From assembly GCA_038245295.1 (NCBI GenBank), contig JBBRSP010000027.1:19539-83538 (forward strand): a stretch of DNA of 64,000 nt. Direction: 5' to 3'. How positions within the stretch are numbered: position 1 is the first letter of the stretch; every line of letters begins with the position of its first letter. This stretch comes from Candidatus Binatia bacterium. Its GTDB lineage: Bacteria; Desulfobacterota; Binatia; HRBIN30. The notes below the pieces were generated by a model, which made no database searches, was not told the DNA's origin, and saw nothing but the letters and a program-made list of their open reading frames with translations. Position numbers and translations under genes: made by a program. This document shows, in pieces, positions 28,505-39,675 of the stretch.

Positions 28505-29971
28505 ATGTTCAGCTACGACATGCCTGAGGGACTGACCTTCGATGATGTGGTGCTTGTGCCCGGCGAGTCTGACTTTCTGCCGAAGGACGCTGACATCAGC
28601 ACACAACTCACCAAGCAGATCCGCCTCAACATCCCCCTCATCAGCGCGGCGATGGATACGGTGACGGAAGCCCGCACCGCGATCGCGCTGGCACAAGAGG
28701 GCGGAATCGGCGCCATTCATCGCAATCTGTCGATCGTCGATCAGGTGCGTGAGGTCGAACGCGTCAAGAAATGGGAAGCCGGAATGATCCTCGATCCGGT
28801 TACCATCGACGCCGACATCCAGATTGCCGAAGCGCTGGAAGTCATGCACCGCCACAACATTTCCGGCCTGCCGGTGACACGCAACGGCGGTCTGGTCGGT
28901 ATCCTCACCAATCGCGATCTGCGTTTCGAGAAACGGCTCGATCGCAAAGTCAGCGAAGTCATGACCAAGGATAATCTGGTGACCGGTCATCCGGGCATTG
29001 GTCTCGAAGAGGCCAAAGAGATCCTGCACGCCAATCGCATCGAGAAGCTGCTGATCGTTGATGCGCAGAACCGCCTACACGGGCTGATCACCGTCAAGGA
29101 CATTCAGAAGTCGGCGCAACATCCGAACGCCTGCAAGGATCAGTTCGGCCGACTGCGGGTTGCCGCCGCCTGTGGCACCGGCGAGGACCGCGAAGAGCGC
29201 ATTGAGCGGCTGGTGCGTGCCGGCGCCGACGCCCTGGTGATCGACACGGCGCACGGTCACTCGGCGAACGTCATCGAAACCGTCCAGGAGATCAAGATGA
29301 GATTCCCGGCTACCGAAGTCATCGCCGGCAACGTCGCCACCGCCGAAGGCGCAAGGGCGTTGGCGAGCGCCGGTGCCGACGCGATCAAGGTCGGCATGGG
29401 GCCAGGGTCCATCTGCACGACCCGCATCGTTTCGGGTGTCGGTGTGCCCCAGTTGACCGCGGTCGCCGACTGCTCGCGCGTGGCGCGCGACTACGGCATT
29501 CCGGTGATCGCCGATGGTGGAATCAAGTTCTCGGGCGATCTCCCCAAAGCTCTGGCGGCCGGTGCCGACTCGGTGATGATCGGCAGTTTGTTCGCCGGCA
29601 CCGAGGAGAGTCCGGGCGAGACGATCTTGTACCAAGGCCGAACCTACAAGGCCTATCGTGGCATGGGCTCGCTTGAAGCCATGCGCGAGCGCGAAGGCAG
29701 CCGCAATCGATACATGCAGGATGACGAAGACCAGCTGAATCTGGTCCCCGAGGGCATCGAGGGCCGCGTACCCTACAAGGGTTCGTTGTCGATCATCGCC
29801 ACGCAGCTGGTCGGCGGCCTACGCGCCGGCATGGGTTACTGCGGCTGTCGCACCATCCCGAGCCTGCACGAGAAGGCCCGGTTCATGAAGATCACCGGAG
29901 CCTCACTCGCCGAAGGACATGTGCACGACGTGACGATGACCAAGGAGCCGCCGAACTATCGGCGTGAATAG
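28505..29971 (+). CDS. guaB: IMP dehydrogenase
   Basis: LTFDDV, CBS pair, [22 protein letters not shown]. Confidence 0.97.
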   Translation: MFSYDMPEGLTFDDVVLVPGESDFLPKDADISTQLTKQIRLNIPLISAAMDTVTEARTAIALAQEGGIGAIHRNLSIVDQVREVERVKKWEAGMILDPVTIDADIQIAEALEVMHRHNISGLPVTRNGGLVGILTNRDLRFEKRLDRKVSEVMTKDNLVTGHPGIGLEEAKEILHANRIEKLLIVDAQNRLHGLITVKDIQKSAQHPNACKDQFGRLRVAAACGTGEDREERIERLVRAGADALVIDTAHGHSANVIETVQEIKMRFPATEVIAGNVATAEGARALASAGADAIKVGMGPGSICTTRIVSGVGVPQLTAVADCSRVARDYGIPVIADGGIKFSGDLPKALAAGADSVMIGSLFAGTEESPGETILYQGRTYKAYRGMGSLEAMREREGSRNRYMQDDEDQLNLVPEGIEGRVPYKGSLSIIATQLVGGLRAGMGYCGCRTIPSLHEKARFMKITGASLAEGHVHDVTMTKEPPNYRRE

Positions 29972-30079
29972 TTGCGTGCCGCGGACGGGTAGGGGCTAGG
30001 GCGTTATGAGTCGGCCATCGACTGGTCACGGCCTACGCCCGACCGGAACCGCCCTACCGACAGAGTGGAGTGATAGCTG

Positions 30080-31609
30080 ATGATCCTGATCCTCGATTTC
30101 GGCAGCCAATTTACACAACTCATCGCACGGCGCGTGCGCGAGATGCAGGTCTATTGCGAGATCCATCCGTATAACCTGCCGATCGATCGCATTCGCGCCA
30201 TGCACCCCGAGGGCATCATTCTGTCCGGTGGGCCGTCGAGTGTCTACGAAGAGGGCGCCCCTCTGCCGGCGCGGGAGATCCTAGATCTCGAGCCGCCGAT
30301 CCTCGGCATCTGTTACGGCATGTGTGTATTGACGGTCTTCGGCGGCGCGCGCGTGGCGCATGCCGAACATCGTGAGTTTGGTCCCGCCGAGCTTCTCATC
30401 GATGACCGTCGCGACCTCTTCGCCGGGATCGACAATCCGGCATTGCCCGTGTGGATGAGCCACGGCGACAAGATCGAGACGATGCCGGCCGGATGGGAGA
30501 TTCTTGCCCATAGTGCCAACTCGCCGATTGGTGCGTTCGCCGACCCGACTCGCCGCCGCTTCGGCGTGCAGTTCCACCCTGAGGTGGCGCACACGCAACG
30601 CGGCAAGGACATCCTTGGCAACTTTGTGAACGGCATCTGCCACGCCAAGGCGGATTGGACGATGGAAAACTTTGTCGAGCGCGAGGCCGAACGCATTCGC
30701 GCACGCGTCGGCAAAGCCGGCGTCGTCTGTGCCCTTAGCGGCGGCGTCGATTCGACCGTCACCGCCGCGCTGGTGCATCGCGCCGTCGGCGACCAGTTGA
30801 CCTGCGTATTCGTCGACAACGGTGTGCTGCGCCGCGACGAGTCGACTCGGGTGATGCAGTTCCTGCAAGAGGCCTTTCATTTCCGGATCAAACTCGTTGA
30901 TGCCGGCGCGCTATTTCTCGACAAGCTCAAGGGAGTCGAGGATCCGGAGAAGAAGCGCCGCATCATCGGCAACACCTTCATCGAAGTCTTCGAAGAGGAA
31001 GCGAAGCACCTGGAGGATGTCGAGTTTCTGGCGCAGGGAACCTTGTATCCCGACGTGATCGAGTCGGTGTCGTTCAAGGGCCCGTCGGCGACCATCAAGA
31101 GCCATCACAACGTCGGCGGCCTGCCGGAACGCATGCGCATGAAACTGGTCGAACCGCTGCGCGAGTTGTTCAAGGATGAAGTGCGCGAGCTCGGCAAAGT
31201 TCTCGGCATTCCACCGAAGCTCGTCGGGCGGCAACCCTTCCCGGGGCCTGGCCTGGCAATCCGCATCCTCGGCGAAGTGACGGCGGAGCGTGTCGTCATC
31301 CTGCAAGCGGCCGAGGCGATCGTTGATGCCGAGATCCGCGCCGCCGGACTCTATGATCAACTGTGGCAGGCGTTTGCCGTCCTACTCCCAGTGAAGACGG
31401 TCGGCGTCATGGGCGATGCACGGACGTATGAAAACGTCGTGGCATTGCGCGCTGTCGAAAGCGTCGACGGTATGACCGCCGACTGGGCGCGGCTGCCGTA
31501 CGACCTGCTGGCGCGACTTTCGAGTCGCCTGATCAACGAAGTGCGCGGAGTAAATCGGGTGGTGTTGGACATTTCATCGAAGCCACCCGCGACAATTGAG
31601 TGGGAATGA
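30080..31609 (+). CDS. guaA: GMP synthase (glutamine-hydrolysing)
   Basis: [44 protein letters not shown]. Confidence 0.97.
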   Translation: MILILDFGSQFTQLIARRVREMQVYCEIHPYNLPIDRIRAMHPEGIILSGGPSSVYEEGAPLPAREILDLEPPILGICYGMCVLTVFGGARVAHAEHREFGPAELLIDDRRDLFAGIDNPALPVWMSHGDKIETMPAGWEILAHSANSPIGAFADPTRRRFGVQFHPEVAHTQRGKDILGNFVNGICHAKADWTMENFVEREAERIRARVGKAGVVCALSGGVDSTVTAALVHRAVGDQLTCVFVDNGVLRRDESTRVMQFLQEAFHFRIKLVDAGALFLDKLKGVEDPEKKRRIIGNTFIEVFEEEAKHLEDVEFLAQGTLYPDVIESVSFKGPSATIKSHHNVGGLPERMRMKLVEPLRELFKDEVRELGKVLGIPPKLVGRQPFPGPGLAIRILGEVTAERVVILQAAEAIVDAEIRAAGLYDQLWQAFAVLLPVKTVGVMGDARTYENVVALRAVESVDGMTADWARLPYDLLARLSSRLINEVRGVNRVVLDISSKPPATIEWE

Positions 31610-31743
31610 GGTCATTTGGCCATGTTGCTATTTTCCCATCGTGGCATTTGGTCATTCGCCCAAGGGTGCTGGTCGCGGCGGCTGGCGGGGAATGACCGAC
31701 GTCACAAGAAGGCAAACGTCCAAATGGCCAAATAGCCAGATGA
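31610..31743. repeat. Inverted arrays of degenerate octamers (GCCATTTG-like / CAAATGGC-like)
   Basis: About six 8-mers on the left and about seven complementary 8-mers on the right, between guaA and dnaE. Confidence 0.6.
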
Positions 31744-31763
31744 AGAGGTTGTGAGGCGGGCAA

Positions 31764-34700
31764 ATGAGTTTCGTTCATCTTCATGTTCATACGCAGTACT
31801 CGCTTCTCGATGGTGCGAATAAGGTCAAGGACCTCATCAAGCGCGTCAAGGCGGCGGGCATGCCGGCCGTGGCGATCACCGATCACGGCAACATGTTCGG
31901 AGCCGTGGAGTTCTACAAGAAGGCGGCCGACGAAGGCATTCAACCGATCATCGGTTGCGAGATGTACGTTGCGCCGAAGCATCGCACCGATCGTGGCGCA
32001 CGTACTGAGGATTTCGAAGCAGGTGGAAACTATCACCTGATCCTTCTGGCGATGAACGCCGAGGGATACACCAATCTCTGTCGCCTGGTGACGCTCAGTT
32101 ACAAGGAAGGTTTCTACTACAAACCGCGCATCGACAAGGAACTGCTGCGCCAGTTCAACGGCGGACTCATCGCGCTTTCGGGTTGTCTTGCCAGTGAAGT
32201 GAACCAAAACCTGGCGCGTGGGCACATCGACGGCGCGCGCGCGGTGATGGAAGAATATCGAGCGATGTTCGACGGGCGTTACTACGTCGAGATCCAGGAC
32301 AACCACCTCGAAGAACAGAATCGCGCCAACATCGAGTTGGTACGTCTCGCTAGCGATCTGAGCTTGCCGCTGGTCGCCACCAACGACTGCCACTACCTCG
32401 AACAATCCGACGCCAAGGCGCACGAAGTCTTGCTGTGCATTCAGACCGGCAAGACCTTCAATGATCCGAAGCGTTGGAAGTTCGGCACCGACCAACTCTA
32501 CGTCAAAGATCCGGCAACCATGTTGCATGCCTTCGGCGCGACGCCGGAGGCGATCAGCAACACGTTGGATGTCGCCAAGCGCTGCACGTTCGAGATGACC
32601 TTCGGCAAGTATCAATTCCCGGTGTTTGCTGTACCCAAGGAAGAAACACTCGACGGACGTATGGCGAAGGATGCGCGCGCCGGTCTCGAACGCCGCCTAA
32701 CCCCACGCCGCGCCGCGCCGGGTTTTGTGGAGGATCCGCGCTACACGGAGCGTTTGGAAGAGGAGCTCAAGATCATCGGGAAGATGGGGTTCGCCGGCTA
32801 CTTCCTGATCGTCGCCGACTTCACCAACTACGCCAAGAGTAAGGGGATCCCGGTGGGGCCGGGGCGTGGTTCCGCCGCCGGAAGCATCGCCGCCTGGGCC
32901 CTTGGCATCACGGACATCGATCCGATCCCCTACAATCTCCTGTTCGAGCGCTTTCTGAATCCGGAACGTAAGTCGATGCCCGATATCGACATGGACTTCT
33001 GCTTCGAACGCCGCGACGAGGTGATTCGCTACGTGCGCGAGAAGTACGGCGAAGACTGCGTCGCACAGATCGTCACCTTTGGAACCCTCAAGGGCAAAGC
33101 CGCCATCAAAGACGTCGGGCGCGTTCTGGAGTTCTCGTTCTCGGAAACCGACCGTATCGCCAAGCTCTATCCAGCCGCCAAGCAAGGCAAAGACTTCCCG
33201 CTGAAAGAAGCGCTCGAGATGGAGCCGCGCCTGCTCGAACTGCGCAAGCAGGGACCGCGCGAAGAAGAGTTGTTCGATTACGCCATTCGCCTCGAAGGCC
33301 TGCTGCGCCATGCCTCCAAACACGCCGCCGGCATCGTCATCGGCAGCCGGCCGTTGGTCGAGACCTTACCGCTGTTCGTCGACAAAGACGGCGCTGTCAT
33401 GACGCAGTTCCAATACGCCGATGTCGAAGCGGTTGGTCTGATCAAGTTCGACTTCCTGGGGCTGAAGACCCTGACGATGATCAACAACATCGTGCGTCGC
33501 ATCCGCGAGGGGCGCGGTGTCGAAATCGACGTGAACAACCTGCCGCTCGACGACAAGAAGACCTACCGGCTCATCGCCAAGGGCGACGCCGTTGGTCTGT
33601 TCCAGCTGGAAAGCGGCGGTATGCGCAAGCTGCTGACCCAACTGCGGCCGAACACGTTTGAAGACATCATCGCCGTGCTGGCGCTGTTCCGACCCGGTCC
33701 GCTCGAAACCGGCATGGTCGAGGAGTTCATCAAGCGCAAACACGGCAAGCAGGAGATCAAGTACCTGCACCCGAAGCTCGAGCCGATCCTCAAGGATACC
33801 TACGGCGTCATTGTCTACCAGGAACAGGTGATGCAGATCGCCCAGGCCCTGGCAGGTTACACGCTGGGCGACGCCGACAACCTGCGGCGCGCCATGGGCA
33901 AGAAGAAAAAGGAGGAGATGGGGAAAGAGAAGTCCAGCTTCCTCAAAGGCGCCATCGAACGCAAAATCTCCGAGAAGCTGGCAACCGAGATCTTCGATCA
34001 GATGGAGACCTTCGCGGCCTACGGCTTCAACAAGTCGCACTCGGCCGCCTACGCGCTGGTCACCTACCAGACGGCCTATCTCAAGGCGCACTATCCAGAG
34101 GAGTTCCTTGCCGGGTTGATGACGCTCGAAATGGGCGACACCGACAAGAGCTACAAGAACATTGCCGAGTGCCGCGAGCGTGGGATTCCAATTCTGCCGC
34201 CCGATGTGAACATCAGTCGCGAGGACTTTACCGTCACCCCAGGCCCCGACGACAGCGCGCCACGCGCCATCCGGTTCGGTCTGGGTGTCGTGAAGGCGGT
34301 AGGTTCGAAGGCGATCGAGGCAATCATCGCGGCGCGCGAGGCGGGGCCGTTTACGTCGCTGGCCGACTTCTGCAAACGCGTGCAGACGCAGCAGGTCAAC
34401 AAGCGGGTCATCGAACAGCTCATCAAATGCGGTGCCTTCGACTTCTGCACGGCCGCTCGGCGACAGATGCTCGAGGGGCTGGACGCGACGCTGCAGTGGG
34501 GCGCCGCCAGCAAGGCTCCCGTCGATGCCAACCAGATGGGCCTGTTCGGTGCGTTGCCCGACTCGCGCGGTGCCGCTCCGGTGCTCGCCGCGGGGCCAGA
34601 GTGGGAATCGCGCGAGAAGCTGCGCAACGAGCGCGAAGCGATCGGCTTCTTCGTCAGCGGCCACCCGCTCGATCGCTACGAGCGCGACCTCAAGCGCTTC

Positions 34701-35240
34701 ACCGACGCGACGACGGGGCAGCTGCGTGGGCGGGTGACCGACTCGACGGTGCGCGTCGGCGGGGTGATTCACTCGCTGAAAACGAAGAACACTCGCAAAG
34801 GTGATCGCTACGCCACGTTTATGCTCGAAGATCGCGACGGCGTGGTCGAGGTTATCGCCTGGCCGGAGACCTACAAGAAATTCGAGGCGGCCATTCACTC
34901 GGAGGAGCCGGTGTGTGTTGCCGGCAAGCTCGAAGTCGACGAAGAGCGCTTTCAGATCATTGCTGACGACGTTTCGCCCTTGCTCGACGCGCGCGAGAAG
35001 GCGGCCAAGACGGTGCATTTCGCTCTCGTGGCCGAACGCCTCGAAGACGTGCAATTGGCCGGCCTACGCAGCACGCTCGGGCTGCACCCGGGACATTGCG
35101 CCTGCTTTTTGCACCTCCTGCTTCCCAACAGCGTGGAAACGGTAATCGCTCTGCCACCGGAATTGAAGGTTGCAGCTACCGAACAGATGGTAGAAGACGT
35201 AGAGCGATTGTTAGGAAACGGAGTAACGACATTTCTGTGA
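31764..35240 (+). CDS. dnaE: DNA polymerase III alpha subunit
   Basis: PHP domain (HLHVH...TDHG), GRGSAAGS, PDIDMD, KFDFLGL, OB fold. No intein evident. Confidence 0.98.
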   Translation: MSFVHLHVHTQYSLLDGANKVKDLIKRVKAAGMPAVAITDHGNMFGAVEFYKKAADEGIQPIIGCEMYVAPKHRTDRGARTEDFEAGGNYHLILLAMNAEGYTNLCRLVTLSYKEGFYYKPRIDKELLRQFNGGLIALSGCLASEVNQNLARGHIDGARAVMEEYRAMFDGRYYVEIQDNHLEEQNRANIELVRLASDLSLPLVATNDCHYLEQSDAKAHEVLLCIQTGKTFNDPKRWKFGTDQLYVKDPATMLHAFGATPEAISNTLDVAKRCTFEMTFGKYQFPVFAVPKEETLDGRMAKDARAGLERRLTPRRAAPGFVEDPRYTERLEEELKIIGKMGFAGYFLIVADFTNYAKSKGIPVGPGRGSAAGSIAAWALGITDIDPIPYNLLFERFLNPERKSMPDIDMDFCFERRDEVIRYVREKYGEDCVAQIVTFGTLKGKAAIKDVGRVLEFSFSETDRIAKLYPAAKQGKDFPLKEALEMEPRLLELRKQGPREEELFDYAIRLEGLLRHASKHAAGIVIGSRPLVETLPLFVDKDGAVMTQFQYADVEAVGLIKFDFLGLKTLTMINNIVRRIREGRGVEIDVNNLPLDDKKTYRLIAKGDAVGLFQLESGGMRKLLTQLRPNTFEDIIAVLALFRPGPLETGMVEEFIKRKHGKQEIKYLHPKLEPILKDTYGVIVYQEQVMQIAQALAGYTLGDADNLRRAMGKKKKEEMGKEKSSFLKGAIERKISEKLATEIFDQMETFAAYGFNKSHSAAYALVTYQTAYLKAHYPEEFLAGLMTLEMGDTDKSYKNIAECRERGIPILPPDVNISREDFTVTPGPDDSAPRAIRFGLGVVKAVGSKAIEAIIAAREAGPFTSLADFCKRVQTQQVNKRVIEQLIKCGAFDFCTAARRQMLEGLDATLQWGAASKAPVDANQMGLFGALPDSRGAAPVLAAGPEWESREKLRNEREAIGFFVSGHPLDRYERDLKRFTDATTGQLRGRVTDSTVRVGGVIHSLKTKNTRKGDRYATFMLEDRDGVVEVIAWPETYKKFEAAIHSEEPVCVAGKLEVDEERFQIIADDVSPLLDAREKAAKTVHFALVAERLEDVQLAGLRSTLGLHPGHCACFLHLLLPNSVETVIALPPELKVAATEQMVEDVERLLGNGVTTFL

Positions 35241-36601
35241 AGCCACATCCCGACGAAGAAACTACCGAAGTAGCCGAACCGCGCCGCCAACGCGGCAGTG
35301 AAGCCCCCGATGCATGGCGCACCCGCGAGCCCGGTGAACCGGAGCGCGGCATTTTGATTGGTGCCGTCGTCGGCAACCGCAGTCCGCTCGATGGTACCGA
35401 GTCGCTTGCCGAACTCGAACGTCTGGCCGAAACCGCCGGCGTCGTCGTCGTCGGCAAGGCGCTGCAGAACATCAAGCGTATCCATGCGGCGACCTTCATC
35501 GGCTCCGGCAAGGCCGAAGAAATTCAGAAGCTCGCCGAAGAGCTCAACGCCAACGTCGCGCTGTTCGACGACAGCCTGAGCCCGGCACAACAGCGCAATC
35601 TCGAGAAGACCTTCAAGATGAAGGTGCTGGATCGCAGCGCCCTCATCCTCGACATCTTCGCACAACGCGCGCGCAGTCTCGAAGGCAAGCTGCAGGTCGA
35701 GCTGGCGCAGCTCGAGTACATGCTGCCGCGGCTGACACGCGCCTGGACCCACTTGTCGCGCCAGGCCGGCGGCGGTGTTGGAACACGCGGCCCTGGTGAA
35801 ACCCAACTCGAGGTCGATCGTCGCCGCGTCCGCGAACGTGTCTCCATGCTCAAGAAACGGCTGGCCGACGCCGTGCGCACGCGCAGCCTGCACCGCGACA
35901 AACGCACCGCCGTGCCGTATCCGCTGGTGGCGCTGGTCGGCTACACCAACTCGGGCAAGTCGACGTTGATGAATCGGCTGACCGAGGCCAATGTGCTGGC
36001 CGAGGACAAGTTGTTCGCGACGCTCGACCCGACAACGCGTCGACTCGAGTTACCGAATGGCACAGTGATTCTGCTCAGCGACACCGTCGGTTTCATCACC
36101 AAGCTGCCGCACGGGTTCATCGACGCCTTCAAGAGCACGCTCGAGGAAGTGCGTGCCGCCGACCTCTTGCTGCATGTGGTCGATGTGACCGACCCACAGG
36201 CGACGGCTCATATCGCCGTAGTCGACAAGGTTCTCGAAGAGCTCGGCGCCCAGAGCACGCCACGCGTCATGGTGTGGAACAAGATCGATGCATTGCCACC
36301 CGGATCCGGCATTCCGGCCGGAGAAGGGGAGGGCGAGCGTGCCCTCGTTTCGGCGCGCACCGGAGTAGGATTGCCGGACCTACTGAACGCCATCGCCGCA
36401 TCGGTGAAGTCGACGCGCGAGCAGGTCGAGTTCCAATTCCCGGTGCATCGTCAGGACCTCGTCGCCACGCTGCATCGCGAAGGCAGCGTGCTGTCGGAAG
36501 AGTATGAAGACGACGCCATCAAAGTGACGGCGCTGGTGACGGCAAAGGTTGCCGGGCAGGTGCGTAAGTCGTTGAGCAGCGGCAAACCTGCCGCGGCCTG
36601 A
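35237..36601 (+). CDS. hflX: GTPase HflX
   Basis: GPGETQLE, GYTNSGKS, LFATLD, DTVGF, NKID. GTGA overlap with the dnaE stop. Confidence 0.95.
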   Translation: MKPHPDEETTEVAEPRRQRGSEAPDAWRTREPGEPERGILIGAVVGNRSPLDGTESLAELERLAETAGVVVVGKALQNIKRIHAATFIGSGKAEEIQKLAEELNANVALFDDSLSPAQQRNLEKTFKMKVLDRSALILDIFAQRARSLEGKLQVELAQLEYMLPRLTRAWTHLSRQAGGGVGTRGPGETQLEVDRRRVRERVSMLKKRLADAVRTRSLHRDKRTAVPYPLVALVGYTNSGKSTLMNRLTEANVLAEDKLFATLDPTTRRLELPNGTVILLSDTVGFITKLPHGFIDAFKSTLEEVRAADLLLHVVDVTDPQATAHIAVVDKVLEELGAQSTPRVMVWNKIDALPPGSGIPAGEGEGERALVSARTGVGLPDLLNAIAASVKSTREQVEFQFPVHRQDLVATLHREGSVLSEEYEDDAIKVTALVTAKVAGQVRKSLSSGKPAAA

Positions 36602-36705
36602 ATAGCCCGCCAATTCTGCGGCTGTGATTCACAGTCTCTCCCGAGCGGCCAGGAACCCTCGCCGACTCTCTGCGACCTCGGTGACTCTGCGGTACGAAGG
36701 CGGTC

Positions 36706-36855
36706 CTACAACCGACCCGTTAGTAGCAAGATGACCAGGATCAGAAGGATGATCCCGCCGATTCCTGACGGCGCGTAGCCGTAGTTGTGGTAGCCCCACG
36801 TCGGCAGGCCACCGAACACAATCAACAGTAGGATGATCAAGAGTAGCAAGGACAT
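36706..36855 (-). CDS. DUF3309-family small membrane protein, 49 aa (not in ORF track)
   Basis: MSLLLLIILLLIVFGGLPTWGYHNYGYAPSGIGGIILLILVILLLTGRL; AAGGAGG RBS. Confidence 0.85.
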   Translation of the reverse strand: MSLLLLIILLLIVFGGLPTWGYHNYGYAPSGIGGIILLILVILLLTGRL

Positions 36856-36934
36856 AGTCCCCTCCTTCGCCTGTGGCGTTCCCGTAGTTTGGCGCTGAGC
36901 TGATCGAGCGGCTCATTCGCCTGGCGGATGTCAC

Positions 36935-36950
36935 TGCAAGAGTTGGCCCA
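36935..36950 (-). promoter_or_regulatory. Candidate sigma-54 promoter of the DUF3309 gene
   Basis: Minus strand TGGGCCAACTCTTGCA (GG-N10-GC). Confidence 0.35.
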
Positions 36951-37113
36951 ACCTTCCGAGGGGCAGAATCTGTGCTCATCGGCGACCGAGGCGCTGCGTC
37001 CCATTTTGTAGAAGCTATAAGACCGGGTCTGGATTTACCGTAACTCGGGAGCCAGCCGCCCGCGGCGGTTTGCCGTTGCCTTCGACGAGGCCATCGTCCA
37101 TCATCCGCCGCCG

Positions 37114-38133
37114 ATGCCGCGGCCCGCTCTTAGACCTGCCTCGCGCTTGCCGGTGCTCGACGCGCTGCGGGGATTGGCGGTGACCCTGGTCTTTCTAGGG
37201 CATGTCGAAGGGCCGGCGACGACCTGGAACATCGGCTTGCCCGAGTACATTCCGCCCTGGCGTTTCTTCCTAATGGCCGGCGGCCACACGGGCGTCGCCC
37301 TGTTCTTTGTTTTGAGTGGCTTCCTGTTGGCGCCACCCTTCCTTGTCGAGATCGCGGGCAATCGACGGGTCGCCCGGGCCGCCTATGCGCTGCGGCGGTT
37401 TCGACGCGTCTTCCCGGCCTACGCCGCCGCCGTCTTGTTCGCCGTGGCGATGACCTCCGTACGCTGGGTCGACCTGGCTCGCGCCGTGCCGTTTTTGCTC
37501 TTCCTTCAGGGGGTCCCCGGTTTGACCGATCCGATCCCCTCTTACGGCGCCGTGTGGTGGAGCCTGAGCACCGAGGTGCAATTCTATGTGTTGCTACCGC
37601 TGGTCAGCCTGGTAGTGCCGACACGCTGGTGGTGGCCGACGCTTGCAGCCGTTGCGTTGGCATATCTGGCGGTCATTCCCCTCGGCTTCGGTGGCAGTTC
37701 GGTCGACGCACGACTGGCCTGGTCACAATCCGTTCTGGGACGCGCGCCGGCGTTCGTCGCCGGGATCGCCGCGGCATGGTGGTGGGTCCGCCGCGGTGCC
37801 GTAGGCTCCTCTCTGGTCTGGGGCGTCAGCTTCCTTGCTGCCGTTCTGGGCACCTTGAACATCGCTTCGCCGGCGTTGCGACTGCTGAACAACGCCGGGT
37901 TCCGCTTCCTCGGGAAGATTTCGTACACCATCTATCTCATCCACCTGCCGATCATCGACCGTGTCTTCTTCGATCCCCTGAATCCGGTGCGGCCGCTTGC
38001 GACGAGTTGGTACGGACCACATCTAGAACGCGCGCTGATCGCCGCCGGCCTTTGTATCGTGCTTGGTTGGATCGGCTACCGCACCTTGGAACAACCGTTC
38101 GCCTCGACGCCAGCGCCGAACCCACTCACTTGA
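37114..38133 (+). CDS. Acyltransferase family 3 (OafA-like) membrane protein
   Basis: LDALRGLA...H, GVALFFVLSGF, RRFRR, WSLSTEVQFY, GKISYTIYLIH. Confidence 0.9.
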   Translation: MPRPALRPASRLPVLDALRGLAVTLVFLGHVEGPATTWNIGLPEYIPPWRFFLMAGGHTGVALFFVLSGFLLAPPFLVEIAGNRRVARAAYALRRFRRVFPAYAAAVLFAVAMTSVRWVDLARAVPFLLFLQGVPGLTDPIPSYGAVWWSLSTEVQFYVLLPLVSLVVPTRWWWPTLAAVALAYLAVIPLGFGGSSVDARLAWSQSVLGRAPAFVAGIAAAWWWVRRGAVGSSLVWGVSFLAAVLGTLNIASPALRLLNNAGFRFLGKISYTIYLIHLPIIDRVFFDPLNPVRPLATSWYGPHLERALIAAGLCIVLGWIGYRTLEQPFASTPAPNPLT

Positions 38134-38166
38134 GCCGGCGACGGCCCCGCGATAGACCCGCCGCAG

Positions 38167-38718
38167 ATGCTGACGTTACCGAACTTCCTCACCCTCCTGC
38201 GCATCCTCGCCGTGCCGGTCTTTTTGATCGTCGTGGTCAATGGCGACTACGGCTGGGGCCTCGTGGTCTTCTTCTTGGCGGGCTTCACCGATTCGATCGA
38301 CGGCGCCATCGCGCGCATCTTCGACAGCTACAGCGATCTCGGCGCCAGCCTCGATCCGGTCGCCGACAAGTTGATCCTCGTCAGCGCCTTCCTGTCGCTC
38401 GGTTGGATTGGCGCGGTGCCGCCATGGTTGGTGATTCTGACCTTCATGCGCGACATCACCATTCTTGGCGGATACATCACGATCTATTTCGTCAGCAAAC
38501 CGATGACCGTCGATCCCACGTTCCTTGGCAAGCTCAACACCTTCAATGAAATGTTCACCATCGGCTTTGCGCTGCTGACCCTGGCGCGCCCCGACATCCC
38601 AATGGGCATGATCAACGAAGTGTTGTGGATTGCCACGGGAATCACCACGACGTTGTCGGGAACCCACTACGTCTATATGGGCTTGCTGTTCTATCAGCGT
38701 GAGGGCGCCAAGCCGTGA
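38167..38718 (+). CDS. CDP-alcohol phosphatidyltransferase (PgsA-like)
   Basis: PNFLTLLR, DSIDGAIAR...G..LDPVADK. Confidence 0.92.
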   Translation: MLTLPNFLTLLRILAVPVFLIVVVNGDYGWGLVVFFLAGFTDSIDGAIARIFDSYSDLGASLDPVADKLILVSAFLSLGWIGAVPPWLVILTFMRDITILGGYITIYFVSKPMTVDPTFLGKLNTFNEMFTIGFALLTLARPDIPMGMINEVLWIATGITTTLSGTHYVYMGLLFYQREGAKP

Positions 38719-39509
38719 CGGCGGGACGGCGCAGCGCGGTTGTGGTCGCGACCCTCGTCGTGTGCGCCCGCATCGCCGTCGGCGACGACGCCAAATCGGT
38801 CCTCGACCATCTGCGTCACTTGATCCAGACGACGCGCAAGTGGAACGATCGCACACAGGAACTGAGGCTACGTATCGTCGATAACCGTGGCGGCGAGCGC
38901 ACCCGTGAAGTGACGATTCGCACCAAGAAGTTCGAAGGCGACAAGACGCGCACCCTGTTGCGCTTCGAGGCTCCGTCGGACGTCAAGGGCGTGGCCATGC
39001 TGCAATGGGCGGACCCCAAGGGGGCCGACTCGCAATGGCTCTACTTGCCGGAGTTGCGCAAGGTCCGTCAGGTCGCCGGCGGCGCCAAACGCCAGAGTTT
39101 CGTCGGCACTGACTTTAGCTACGAGGATCTAGCCATCATCACTCAGTTCCAGGACTGGACGGACAGCGAAGCCCGCGCCACGCTGCTGCGGCACGAACCA
39201 CTCAACGGCGACACGGCGCAGGTCCTGGAGTTTGTTCCAACGGGCAAGGATCTGGCATACGCCAAAATCCTCGTGTGGCTTGCCGGCAACGATCTGCTGG
39301 CGGCTCGCTTCGAGTTCTACGACCCGTCGGGTGAGTTGAAGAAGCGCTTGTCGCAGACGGAGTGGCGTCCGGTCGGAACAATCGCCACCGCCTTTCACAT
39401 GGAGCTGGAGAACATCCAGGGGAACAGCAGGACCGTCGCCGACTTCTCCAAGGTGACCTATGACTCAGGCCTGGCCGACGAGGTCTTCACCCAGCGCTCG
39501 TTGGAGTAA
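38715..39509 (+). CDS. LolA-like outer-membrane lipoprotein-sorting protein
   Basis: F..P.DVKG...QWLYLPEL.KVR...SFVGTDFSYED...FTQRSL. Confidence 0.8.
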   Translation: MTAGRRSAVVVATLVVCARIAVGDDAKSVLDHLRHLIQTTRKWNDRTQELRLRIVDNRGGERTREVTIRTKKFEGDKTRTLLRFEAPSDVKGVAMLQWADPKGADSQWLYLPELRKVRQVAGGAKRQSFVGTDFSYEDLAIITQFQDWTDSEARATLLRHEPLNGDTAQVLEFVPTGKDLAYAKILVWLAGNDLLAARFEFYDPSGELKKRLSQTEWRPVGTIATAFHMELENIQGNSRTVADFSKVTYDSGLADEVFTQRSLE

Positions 39510-39675
39510 GCCGCGCGCGGTAGAGCACCGGGGCCGCCCAGCGCCGGCTGAAGATCAGGTGACCACATTCAGGACAGAAGCGTGGCATCAGGAGACCTTG
39601 CGATGACGGCACAGCCAGCAAACAAGTGCGATGCAGGTGATCGCAACGAGAACAGCTGACTGTAGGTTGCGCGCC

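Noticed and set aside
33366..35054. Long antisense ORFs (562 aa here; also 8196-9542, 47468-48754, 50939-52333)
   Set aside because: Typical reverse-frame shadows of GC-rich genes, with no recognisable motifs.
31764..35240. Intein or split in dnaE
   Set aside because: Length (1158 aa) and motif order are normal.
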